This document shows, piece by piece, positions 22,567 through 34,565 of a stretch of 64,000 bases of DNA. Each line of letters starts with the position of its first letter. Positions within the stretch are counted from its first letter, which is position 1. The DNA comes from Sminthopsis crassicaudata. Taxonomy: Eukaryota. The stretch lies in NCBI RefSeq assembly GCF_048593235.1, contig NC_133618.1:206388221-206452220 (forward strand), in the 5' to 3' direction. Below the pieces are notes generated by a model that saw nothing but the letters and a program-made list of their open reading frames with translations, was not told where the DNA came from and made no database searches. The position numbers and the translations under genes are program-made.

Positions 22567-25500
22567 TCTCTTCAAATTTTTAATAGTAGTTTGTCTAAAT
22601 TTCTACTTTGCACTTATTTCACTCTTCCTTGCACCACCTTAAAGTCCACATGCTTCCCAACAGCCCTCTGAAATTTATTTCTTATTCATTAGAAACAGAA
22701 GTAAGGCCTAAAATACTTCAAAGGGCAAAGAAATCAAGGCTGTCTTTTAAGATTCAGAAAATCTATAGAACCTGTGATTTGTTGATCAGACCTTTCCACT
22801 TGCATAAACTCAATTCTTAAAAAAAAAAAAAAATACCAATTCAAAACTGGCACTTATAAGACCTGGTGCATTTATACATGTTCCCATAGAAACCTATCCT
22901 TTTTAGTATGTCAATAGTTCGATAATTGTTTATTCCATCTTTGAAAATACCACTTTGAAGTGTTGATTACTTTTCTGATGTTCTCCACAGCATTATATTT
23001 TCTCTACTTAGTTGCACAGGAGTCACTTCTGTGCATTTTCACTGACTTTGTAAATGCAATTAATTTGTTAACATTCTATGCAGGTAACATTTAATTCATT
23101 TATTTAAACTGCAAATGAATTACTTGATAAATGGGGAGATAAGTAACTATTAATTATTGGGTTTTTATAAGAAGGAGAATAAAAAAACAGGTATTCAAAA
23201 TACTTTCAAAAACATGGACATGAATGTTGTCCATTTTCTTTTTTGGAAGTGTGAGTTTACATAGTCAGACACAATAAGGTAATAAATAATGTTTAGGAAA
23301 ATAATAATTCACTTTAGTGATACTCTGTCAGAATCCTGAGGATCCTCTAAATCACTCAAGCTCTATACAAATTCACCTCAAAAGAAAAGGAACAAATAAC
23401 TTAGAAAGTGCTATCAAAAACACAGGGTTTTGGGTTTTTTTTGGGTTTTTTTGCTGACTTTGTTAGTTTTTTGTCAGTTAAAATCTTTTGTCGTCCACTG
23501 AGACCAAGACCTTGGGCAGAGAACGCTCCAGAAAACTATTCACAGTAAAAGGCAAAAGATTCCCATAGAAACAAGGAGAAAGACAGCCAGGAATATGTCA
23601 TTATTTCATTATCACAGCTATGTTGCAATCAGGTCCTACCTGTCTCCTTCTCTCCCCTTACTATAAGTCTGTAAGGTTCTGCAGAGGCAGTTTTACAGAC
23701 TGGTTTCTAAACACCAATAGTGAAAACCCTAGTTCCTGCTTCTACAAACAGGATAGGACATCTTGGGTGCACATCTTGGGACTATTGGCTGTGGCTGTGC
23801 CTTCTCATACCACCGATCAGCAATTCTGTCTTTGCTGTATTAGCACTCCCCTGGGAGAAAGTACTTGGTCTCTTTGATATAATATTATATGAACAGCATA
23901 GAGGCTTTTGAATTGGAAAAGACTTTAGACAAATTTCTTTCGTTACAGATGAAGGAAATAAGCCATAGACACCTGGTTGTTAGAGCTGGAAACTTTGTTG
24001 GCACAAATGGAGCTAGCCCCTGATTTTACAGATGATGAATCTATCTAAGAGAAGGAAGTGTGTTGCCCAGAAAGGATGTGGCTTTATGATGAACTATTCA
24101 TAATTCCCATACTATCCCAGAGTGGTATAATCCCAGAGACAGAATATCCAAGAGAAAAAGATGGTTGATGATGTCAAATGCAGAAAAGAAATCCAAAAAG
24201 GTTGAAGTTTTCCCAGAGTGGTCCGATTCGGAAAATGCAGATTTGGGGTTGGTTAAAATTCTAGCTCAGCTATTTACTTACTTACTGGGTCACTTCCTTA
24301 GTCTTTGGATGGTATGGGTTCAAATTCTAGCTCAGCTATTTTGAGTCATTTCCTTAGCCTTTGGATGGTAGGACTTTTGAGGTCCTCTCCAGATGAAATT
24401 TCTGACCTCTTTATAACTGTGTGGGCTTTAAAAACCAGCTGGTTCTCTGACACAAGACATGGTTTAGATAGGAGTGGGGTGATTTGAGAGGAGCAGCAAA
24501 GATTTCCTGTTTCCTCCCATTAAAGACTTCCTCAACACCTGAACTTCTATGGATTCATTCTTTTGATTTAAGATTTCCTGACCTTTTAAAATTGACTCCT
24601 CCCCTGCCCTTCCTGCTTAGACTTAACACTATTATTATCAGGCATGATATATACTTCATTATAAATTATCATAAGATCCTAATTCAATTCATTTCAGTGG
24701 GCAGCTATTAAACACCTACTATATGGAAGAAACTTGATAATTAGAGATATGAGGACCAAATCAAAACCATATCTACCCTCAAGAAGCTTAGAATCTACTT
24801 GAGGGTTACAACTTAGACACAAATAAGTCTCTACAAAATAATTTCAAGAGTGAGAAAGCATTGTTAATTTGGGGTTTGGGAGAGGCTTCTTGTGAGGTAT
24901 GATACCCCAACTAGGAAGCATTCCAGACAAGTGTAATACTTATGATAATGCAAGACTAGAAAAGACCTTAGTGATCAAGTCTAATCCCCTCTTTTTTACA
25001 GATGAGGAAACTGAAGCTCAGAGAAGTTAAATGATTTGCCCAGTCACACAGGTATCACAAAATCATGAAGCTGAAAAGGACCTGAGAAGATATCTCTAGC
25101 TATACCAATCCCTATTCAAGTTATTGTCCGTCCCTTTCCCAAGAAATTCCCAAGAAGGCTCACTGTATTGCTCTCCTTTCCAACTCCTACCCTTAGGTCA
25201 GGGGACTTCCATATTATTCACATCAATGTTCCCTCAAGCTCCATAATGTTCCAATTCCTCAGCCTTCTTATATCTCATAACATATTCTCTCTTTCCATCT
25301 CAACCACACATTAATTGGCACATATTAGATCTTGACATTGGTCATAAATATTTCACTTCCTTGATTAAAAACTCTTTACATTCCTTTACTGGATCACAAC
25401 CTCCTTTCATTACACTTCCAAAGTGTTACTCCTCCTTATCTTTCACTTTCATCTAAATCTCTTTACCCCTTAATCCTTTCTCAAGTCTGCCCTAATATCA

Positions 25501-26424
25501 TTTTTTCCCCTTTCCAATTTCAACCCTAAAGTTAGCAATTTCAGCTTTACACTGTTCTCTATTTTTGAATCCTCCTTTTTCCTCTGATCTCAAATCCCAT
25601 GACCACTTGTAAATGATGAGGTTAGAAGCCATATTGCAAAAATGTTGAGGAGTGAATGAGAAGAGAAGTGGAGACAGGAAATAATCATAGGTTTTTTAAG
25701 AAGTCAGGCTAAGAAGGAGGAGAAAGATGCAAGACACTAGCTTGAAAGGAAAGTAGGATTAAAAAAAAAAACAACCTTTTTTTAAAGTTAAAGATAGGAA
25801 GGAATTAATAATTATAAGAAGTTGAAAATTTTAGTGGGGGTGAGCTGAAATGGTGATTAATAATATAATCTGTTTAAGAAAGCAAAGAATGCTCATTTTT
25901 GTTGTATCTCACTCTTTATGACTTCATTTGGGGATTTCTTGGCAAAGATATTGGAGTGTTTTGACATTTTCTTCTCCAAAGTTGTAACAGTTTCTTACTT
26001 GCCAAATTTGGCCTTTTTTAGACTTCAACCTTTTTGGATTTCTTTTCTGCATTTGACATCATCAACCATCTTTTTCTCTTGGATATTCTGTCTCTGGGAT
26101 TTTATACTATTAGTACTTCCTGATTTTCTTCCTGACTTTCTGATTGCTTATTCTTGTTCTTTTTATTTTATTTTATTTTTATTTTTTCTGGATCATCATA
26201 CATTTCACACACTATAATTCTGGGTGTTCTCAAAAGGTTTTTCCTAGTCCCTCTTCTCTGCTTAATCTGCCCTCTTTCTGTATAATCCCATCAGCTCTCA
26301 TGGATTTAATGGTCATTTCTATGTAGATGACTCACCAATCTCTATACAAGCCCCAGTCTTTAGCCTGAGCTTCAATCCTTGTTTAGCCTGTCTGCAGTAA
26401 TATTTGTGTGTGGTCACCCTGATA

Positions 26425-26459
26425 CTACAGCTACAGCTACAGCTACAGCTACAGCTACA
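26425..26459. repeat. (CTACAG)n hexanucleotide microsatellite
   Basis: About 6 units. Confidence 0.92.
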
Positions 26460-27224
26460 ATTTCTTAGAACTACAGATGAGAGTTGGGTACTAAGGATAC
26501 CAAAAGTGGATGAGCAAGCAGTCCTGAAAAGAGCTCACAACAGAGGTGCTAGTTCTGCTGAACACCCCAGGCACCCACTGATCAATCCCAATCCATCTCT
26601 TATCAAAGATCTCTACAATATCCTTAAGGAGCAGTCACCCAAATTTGGCTAGAGTAGAAAGAAGAGGGATAGAGGAGAGGAAAACTGGGGAACAACTTGT
26701 GTCTGAGAAAACTTTTCACTTGGGATACCTAATTGTTTGAAAGTTGTTCTTTTCATCAAAGTTTAACTCTGCCTCTTAGTGACTTCCACTCATTTCTAGT
26801 TCTGCCTTCTTCAACCTACCAGGACAAGGCTAGTTTCTTTAACAAATGACAGTAAGTAGTGAATTTGGAATTCAAACCCATACCTGCAAATTCCAAATTC
26901 AGAGTTCTTTGTAGAAAGAGTTTACTGATCTTTTCTTTAGAACAAGCTTTGATAGTGGAGGGAAAAAACCTATCTGGGCAGGTCAAGGAAAGGAGGAAAG
27001 GATAAGTAGCAGAGTGAGGAGATTGAAGAAGTCTGGGATATTTTAATTTGGGTTAGATGCTCCAGAGGGATAGAGGGTCTAAGCCAAATTGAGAATAACC
27101 AATAGGCCTCAAACCTTTTGGTGAGTTAGGGGAAGCCTATCCCAAGCATGTAAGTTTTCCCTAGTAGAATGGGTGAATGAGAATGATGTGTTCCCAAAGC
27201 CATGAAAATGGGTGAAGAAGGAGA

Positions 27225-27330
27225 TGAGGAATTTCAACTGATATTTATATGACATGAGTTCAAGGCCCTTTACCAGTCTGGTTGCCTTTATCCTCCAGAT
27301 ACTCTTCACTATAATCCTTGAGAAGCTAGG
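27225..27330 (-). mobile_element. L3/CR1 LINE ORF2 C-terminal remnant
   Basis: Translation IKATRLVKGLELMSYKYQLK resembles the CR1 motif RRATKMVKGLE.LSYEERLK. Confidence 0.6.
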
Positions 27331-28179
27331 AATACCTCTACTTCAAAGTGAGACATCAGAAGAAGACTTTGTTAGAGGAATTCATTAATAAGGGGGAAAG
27401 AAAAGATATTAGTATTTTAGGATTTCATAGGAGGTGACCTCAGAGTTCATTTAATCCAAGCCCACCATTTTACATACGAAGAAACAGAAGACCAGCAAAC
27501 TCCTTTGTGCAGGCTCCTCTATCAGATGGCTTTCTTTCTCTAGCTATCTCTGTCCACATTTGTCCATGTTTGCATCTGTTTATCCTCAATGAATTTCCCT
27601 TTGTTCTTTGCTGGATGAGCTGTGTCCCAATATTTGAGGGGGGGAAGAGAGCAAGACAAAAGGCAGAACGTACAGCAACTTCTACTACTGCAGAACATTT
27701 TTTTTAGTTCCTATTCCTTCTCAGTCTCACTTCAGTTTCTCCTTTTAATTTTCTCCTATCAGTTTGTTACTTTCATACTACTAATTTTTTCCAGTGGACT
27801 TGAAGTTCAGAAGGGCTGAGTACTTTTATGAATAATGATATGCAATCATTGGCTAGGTTTCTGTCCCTTCATCCCCACCCTTTTCCTTCAGATCTTGAGG
27901 TCTTGTTAATTGGTGCTTTTGCAGAAATGTGTGGTAACATTGGCAAGTAGAAATACCATTTTAATTTGTAAAAGCATTTAACTTTTTGAAGAGTTTTTAT
28001 TTCTATAATCTCATTTGCTCTTTATAAAACCTCTGTCAGACAGGAATATTAGGCTTCATGTGGCACCCGAAATGAGATTTGAAGAAACCAAGAATTCTGA
28101 GATTAAAAAGGTAACATAGTCTATTTATGGTGGAACTACCTATGATCTTAAGAGTCAGACTTGGAAGGGACTTTAAAGA

Positions 28180-28629
28180 TGTCCTGACCCAGTTTCCCTA
28201 ATTGTCCTATTCAGTTACTCTGCCTCAGGTTATAACCATTCCCTTTTAATATTGGGGTAAAGGTTTTATATCTTAGACCTTAGGCTATACTTATTCCCGC
28301 TTAATGTTTGATGGGGTAAAGGTCTTTATCCATTTTAGACCTTATTAGAATGTGGGGAGCCTCTCTAGTACCTCCCATTAAGTCATCCTATGTGCCTCCC
28401 CCTCATTAGATCATGCTCATCCAGATACCTCCCCCATTATGTCATTGTTCTTGTTACCCCATAAAAGAATGCTGTATTTGATATTCAGGGCTGGATTCTT
28501 TGAGACAATAGTCTCATTCAGCTCTAGGATCAATCATGAATCCATTGGTCCCAGTAAATCTCTCCATTTAATAAATTCTGTATTGAATACTTGCTAATCT
28601 CTGTCTTGCTCAATTTCTTGGGCATTATG
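28180..28629 (+). mobile_element. Solo ERV LTR inserted in a MIR
   Basis: TG start, internal U3 repeat (ggggtaaagg..ttagacctt x2), TATA-like CATAAAA 28460-28466, AATAAA 28570-28575; MIR halves on both sides; no clear TSD. Confidence 0.75.
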
Positions 28630-29362
28630 AATTTGAAAGATGAAGAAAAGAAGCTAAGAGAGGTTAAAGAACTTGCCAAAGACCTCACATTTATCATGGA
28701 ATTGTAAAATCTTGAATGTTGAGTATTTCTCATTCAAATCCTATCCATCCTTTAAGGCCTGTTTCATCTCATCCTTCAGGAAGTCTTTCTGGGTTTTGAC
28801 TACTATTCCAAATGTAGCTGCTTCTCTTTTGAGAGACTGAGAAGGTCAACTCAGCACCATTTGTGATAGCAGTCCATCAAGAAGATCAAGAAAATAGGAC
28901 CAGCTCTTACTGCCCTAGTGTAAAATCTCCCCAAAATTGCCCCCCAAAAATGCATGACAAATCATGATGGTGAACACTAATGTGACTCAGTTAGTACTCT
29001 ACTATGAGGCAGGAAGTATGAAATAGTAGTAAATTAATGGATTTGGGGTCAAAAGACTTGTGTTCCTATTCTACCTCTGCTACTTGACTATCTCTGTGGC
29101 CTTAAATAAGTTCTTCTTGAATTTAGGTTCTTTGTAAAGAGGAGGAGGGGTAGGGGGGACTAATGTCCCTTCCACTCAATAGCAACTCGAGTGAAGACTC
29201 TCCTTCATTCTCCCCCTTGCCCCTCTATAATGCTCTCCTAGGTTCTCTTCCTCAGGAAGCTGTTTTATACCTCTCATGTAAATGTTCCATTTATCAAGTA
29301 AAATGTGCCATATCTGCATTTGTTTCTAATCTTCTATGGTAAAATCCATGAAGGCAGGAATG

Positions 29363-29473
29363 GACTGGGAGGGCCGGACTATAGTAAAAACAAAAGCTCA
29401 CACTCTGTCTCCACTCCTCAGCCCATTTGCCATAACCTGGTGGGGCCGCATAAACGTACTTAGAGAACCCCTG
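29363..29473 (+). mobile_element. 5'-truncated second copy of the OC1-like hAT MITE, nested in an L2 3' tail
   Basis: Aligns to the 2468 copy (GGAGGGCCGGACTATAGTAAAAACAAAAGCTCACACT...CCTCAGCCCATTTGCCATAACC); ends ACCCCTG next to TTCTAGAA (Charlie-type target motif); both flanks are L2-tail-like. Confidence 0.7.
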
Positions 29474-30749
29474 ATTCTAGAATATAGTAGGCAGTTGGTA
29501 AGTGTTTGAATCTGTGCTTTGAGCCTTTATGCTCAGTAAGTGAATCCAGGGATGCAAAATATCAGGAAGTATTTATATAGCCCCTGTTATGTAGTGGGCA
29601 CGAATATGCTTTACAAATATTATCACATTTATAACCTTACAATACCTAGAGGAAAAAGTGCTGTTTTTATCCTTATTTTAAACTAGAGGAAATGAGGCAA
29701 ATAGATGTTAAATAACTTGCCCAAAGTCATACAGGTAGTAAATGTTTGAGACTGGATTTGAACTTGGGTCTTATAGACTCTGAGTCCAGCACTGTATTCA
29801 CTGTACAACTTAGGTATTTCACAGGTGAGTCTGTAGGGAGTGAGAGGTGTTATCCTTAGAATATGAATAATAAAAGATAGGGATATTCTGTCTACTAGTC
29901 ACTGCTTAGTCAAAAGCAATATTGTTAGCATGAGTGAGATGAAAAACAAAATGAAATTGGTCAACTACCACTACTTACTAGGATATCTCTAGGAAGGCTC
30001 TTCCATTGGGTTATAGGACCAGTATCAATCTAATATTCCAAATATATTTTCTATCCCAGTTTTTCCATTTGAATTTGTGAATAATTTTCACTGTTAGCAT
30101 AAAGCTCTAGAATTTTCCAAGTCAGCCACCTGGCTACATCCACACCCTCAGTCTTTCTCCAACAGAAAATATTGATGAATAAAAGGAAGACCCCCCAAAA
30201 AGTGTTTTCCTCTTCCCTAATGACCCTTTCTTTCCCCCTTCTTTTTCCTTTTTAGAGAATTATAAAATCTTACATTGGGAAGAAACCTCAGAGGGTCAAT
30301 TAATTCTTTACCCACACACTTGACACATGAATCATCACTTTTCTCCCCATCTGCTTCTTTTCTTGCCAATTATTACTTTATTCCACTCATACTACCCCAT
30401 ATTCTTATGTTTCACAGGCAAATACCACTTAGATGATGTCACTTATTCTTTTAGCTGAGACTATATAGTTCAAGCACTGAGCTGCTAATGGAAATGAATA
30501 TAATATTAACATATGTACTCGCTCTGGCAAGATCCAGTGTTCTGCTATGGGGGTGTAAAGCTGAAAATTATTGCTCCTGCTTTCAAGGAAGGATACCTCT
30601 GTAGACCTTCTTTACATTTCAGCATTTCTGTCTTTAAGCCCTCTGGGCTATCTACTGGGATCCTGCCTACCCACCATCCTTATTCCTCACCCTCCATAAT
30701 TCCTCTTACACTTTGTTTTGTAGTTACTTTGTCTTTTTTGTATTGTTTA

Positions 30750-30983
30750 GATAGGTGGTACAGTAAGTGGATAGAGTGCCTGGCCCAGAGTCAGAAAGAT
30801 GAATCTTCCTAAATTAAAATCTGGTCTCAGACAATACTTGTGACCCTGGGCAAGTCATTTAATCCTGTTTACATCAGTTTCCTCATCTGTAAAATAAGCT
30901 GGAAAAAGAAATGGCAAACCTTACAGTATATTTGCCGAGAAAAACCCCAATGGAATCATGAAGAGCTAGACAAGACTGAACAA
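30750..30983 (+). mobile_element. MAR1-type CORE-SINE
   Basis: Head, CORE cagtttcctcatctgtaaaat and MAR1 tail all present. Confidence 0.8.
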
Positions 30984-31505
30984 TGAAAGTATTTTGTATT
31001 TGCCCTACTGAGTACATGTCCTTCACACACAAACACATCCCTCCCTCCCCCCAATCTTATGTTGTTTACTTAACCTTTTGAGAGACTATGTCCCTGGATA
31101 AATTACTTGAGACTAAATTTCCCTAAGTATAAAAGTGAGCTTTTCTAGGTCATAAATCTAAGCTGCTATAATCCTAAAGAAAGAAGGAATTCTGAAAGGA
31201 GATGGAGATGTTAGGGAATCTGGGATACTGTTTAAGTTGAGAATGTATTCCGTAGAAGATAGGCAAAACAACACTACTCCAAATTTGGCTAGCATATGGA
31301 ATGGTTAAAAGGGGTTAGAGAAAAGAAAATCCGGAATGATAGGCTGGTACTTGATTGTGAAGACTCTTAAATATTAGGTTAGAGATAATCACTTATTTTC
31401 TAGGAAATGAGAACTTTGGAGCAGAGAAGTTTTGTAGTTAAATTTATATTTCAGGAAGGTAGTAGGACAGGTATATTAGAAGAAACTGGATGCAGAGAAT
31501 GATTG

Positions 31506-31639
31506 TAGCCTAAGGTCTAAGATCTAAGACCTTTATCCTAACATTAAAAGGGAATGGTTATAACCTGAGGCAGAGTAACTGAATAGGACAATTAGGGAAA
31601 CTGGGTCAGGACATTAAAAGGGAACTGTGGCACAACACA
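31506..31639 (-). mobile_element. Inverted fragment of the same LTR family (5' end only)
   Basis: Reverse complement aligns to 28179-28287: 72 bp identical, then 5 mismatches in 37 bp. Confidence 0.85.
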
Positions 31640-31779
31640 TGTATTTTGAAAATTAAAAGCTATTATTAAAAAAATTTTTTAAAAGGGAGGTTAAATAAAT
31701 ATGAGTGAATAAACAAATAAATGAATAATTGAAAAACAATTGAAAAATCATAAATAGCATGGAAGCATATTATTTTCAC

Positions 31780-32370
31780 TTTTTTTTTTTAATGGCTTTT
31801 CCCTTTTGTTCAATTTCTTCTTTTACAACAGGACTAATTAATATAGATTTGTTAGACATGATTTTACATGTATAAAATATACAAGATTGCTATTTTGGGA
31901 GGGGTGGAAGGAAGGGAACTCAAAAATCTTATTAAAAAATGATCAAAGATGATCAATTATGATGGACGTGGTTCTTCAACAATGAGAAGATTCAGGCCAA
32001 CTTCAGTGGTCTTGTGATGAAGAGAGCTATCTGCACCCAGAAAGAGAACTGTGGGAACTGAGTGTGGATCACAACATAATAGCATTTTGCTTTCTTTCCC
32101 ATTTTTTTCTTTTTCATCTGATTTTTCTTGTGCAATATGATATTTGTGGAAATATGTATAGAAAAATTGCACATGGTTAACATATTGCTTGCCGTCTAGG
32201 GAAGGAAGTAGGAGGAAGACAGAAAAAATTTGTAACATGAGGTTTTGCAAGGGTGAATATTAAAAATTACCTGTGCCTATGTTTTGAAAATAAAAAAAAA
32301 AACAAACAAAAAAAGAAAAAATAAATGTTGAAAACTATCTTTGCATGTAAGTGAAAAAAAATACTATTTA
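31780..32370 (+). mobile_element. Two tandem L1/HAL1 3'-end fragments
   Basis: cttcaacaatgagaagattcaggccaac...gggaactgagtgtggatcacaac and A-rich tails with AATAAA. Confidence 0.75.
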
Positions 32371-33994
32371 TTATTAATAAATACAAAGGACCTTTTTCTA
32401 TCAAATCTCTAGTACAGAAGGGTTTTTAGCTTTTATAGACTTTCTTGCTGAATTTCTAAATTTGCCTTGGCCATTTGTGACTAGTAAAGTCTTTGATGCT
32501 ATTTAATTAGTGCTATTTCCCTCACATTGCTGCTCTAGGGAAGGCCTCCAATTCATTGGATTTAAAAAAAAAAAAAAAAAAAAAGGTGGGGGGACATAGG
32601 ATTGGATCTGGATTTTTTTTTCTTTTTTTAGAAAATATATTTGCTCAGACTCTGAAACACTTCAGGCTTGATATTAGAATTCTGCCAAACTTTGCTTACT
32701 AGCCTTTCCTAGGATGAATGATGGGAAACTCCAAGATATTTGATTTTCTTCTGCTGCTTGAACAGAATGAATTTAAAAGAGCACAGATTTTGGAGTAAGG
32801 AGTTGTGGGTTCACATCCCAGATTTGTCACTTGTTAATTGTGGGGAAAGTCACGTGGCCTTACTGGTCCTTAGTTCCATTATCTTTAAGATGAGAGAGTT
32901 TGACTAGATCGATTGGTAAGTTCTAGAATCCTTTCAGCTTTGGAATCCCTATGATGTTACAACTGACTGGTAAATTGCCTCAGTGATGACAGATGGCAGA
33001 CTCTGAAACCAGCTTCCTGACTTACTATACTTCTATTAAGGGGTGAGGGATCCTGAAGCTAGAAACTCTTTTGCTAGCTAGAAGACAGAATAGAGTGTGA
33101 TCCAAGCTTCTCAGATATGATATACACAGGGCCAGCTTTAGGGGAGGTAGCTCCCAGGGAGCAAATCACAAAGTGTTCCTTCCCTCCCTGACTCTCCATC
33201 TTCTCCCACATACACATTTGTATCCAAATTCAATCAGGCCAAAATGAACTTCAAGGCCAGCCTTGAAGGGGAAACCATCTCAAAAAAGGCTATCAAAGTC
33301 CGGAGGAGACCTTTGAGACTACCATAGCCAAGGACAATGATTACCAGTGAATTGGAGTATGGGAACTTTTTTTCAGTTAGAAAATTTGGATTCCAAAATG
33401 ATAGTAATTGTATTGTTATTATCTGTTGAATGAAACAGTATATGATAACAAAAAAGTTACTATGAATTCCGCAAGACTTTTAAATAAACTTGTATTTTAT
33501 TAATCACAACAGCCTTTACATATGTCTCAAAAATGGTAATGAGTATGTGTGAAGTGTTTTGCTTATTCAATCTCTAGAAGATATATTTGCTTACTGTACT
33601 GAGTAATTGAATATTTAAGTTTTATTGATATCTTTAGTTTCTTTTTATTTTACAAATGACATCTCTCAATATTCTCTTTCTCCAATTAATTTTCCTCTAA
33701 AACAAAGAAAAATAATTAAGCAAAATATAATAACCACATATAGGATCAAATGTGATGTTCTGAACCTGTATGCTACCATCTTTCTTTGGAGAAGAATGAG
33801 AGGAATGTGTTTCATCAGCTGTTCTTTGAGACTGAATTTGTTCATAGAAATGTTATTGGAGCAAATAATAAAAATGACAATAGCTGTAACACATTTGTAC
33901 CACAGTCCACAGGCTCTTGTAATAGCTATGGCACTTCCTCTAGGGGTGCAACTGCATGGCTGAGAATCTCCTCTCGAAAGAAAAATTCAGAAAA

Positions 33995-34565
33995 TAGTAT
34001 TTTATTTTTCCAAATACATGCAAGGATAGTTTTCAACATTCACCTTTGCACAACCTTGTGTTCCAAATTTTTATCCCTCTCCTGTGCCTTTCATCTCCCC
34101 ATACAGCAAGCAAATCACGTGCAATTCTTCTAAACATATTTCCACATTTCTCATACTGCACACACAAAAAATCAGAATAAAAAAATAAGAAGGAAAAAAC
34201 AGACAACAACAACAAAAAGGTGAAAATACAATGCTTGGATCCACATTCAATCTTCGTGGTTTTCTCTCTGAATGTAGATAATACTTACCATCACAAATCT
34301 ACTGAATTGCCTTGAATCACTTCATTGTTAAAAAAAGCCAAATCTATCACAGTTGATCATTATGTAATCTTGTTGTTGCTGTGTACCATGTTCTCTTGCT
34401 TCTGCTCATGTCATTGAGCAGAAATGTCATAAGAATTGAGCATGTAAGTCTTTCCAGGTTTTTCTGAAATCATCCTGCTCATCATTTCTTACAGAACAAT
34501 AATATTCCATTACATTCATATACCATAACTTGTTCAACTATTCTCCAACTGATGGGGCATCCATT
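33995..34565 (-). mobile_element. L1/HAL1 3'-end fragment
   Basis: ttttccaaatacatgcaaggatagttttcaacattcacc...cagaacaataatattccattacattcatatacc; same family at 54290-54450 and 56484-56620. Confidence 0.8.

Noticed and set aside
26404-26652. ORF with LQLQLQ repeat
   Set aside because: Translation of the (CTACAG)n microsatellite; non-ATG start.
26860-26901. 13-bp perfect inverted repeat with 16-nt loop
   Set aside because: Lies in a MIR remnant that is naturally quasi-palindromic; too short for a miRNA precursor and lacks terminator context.
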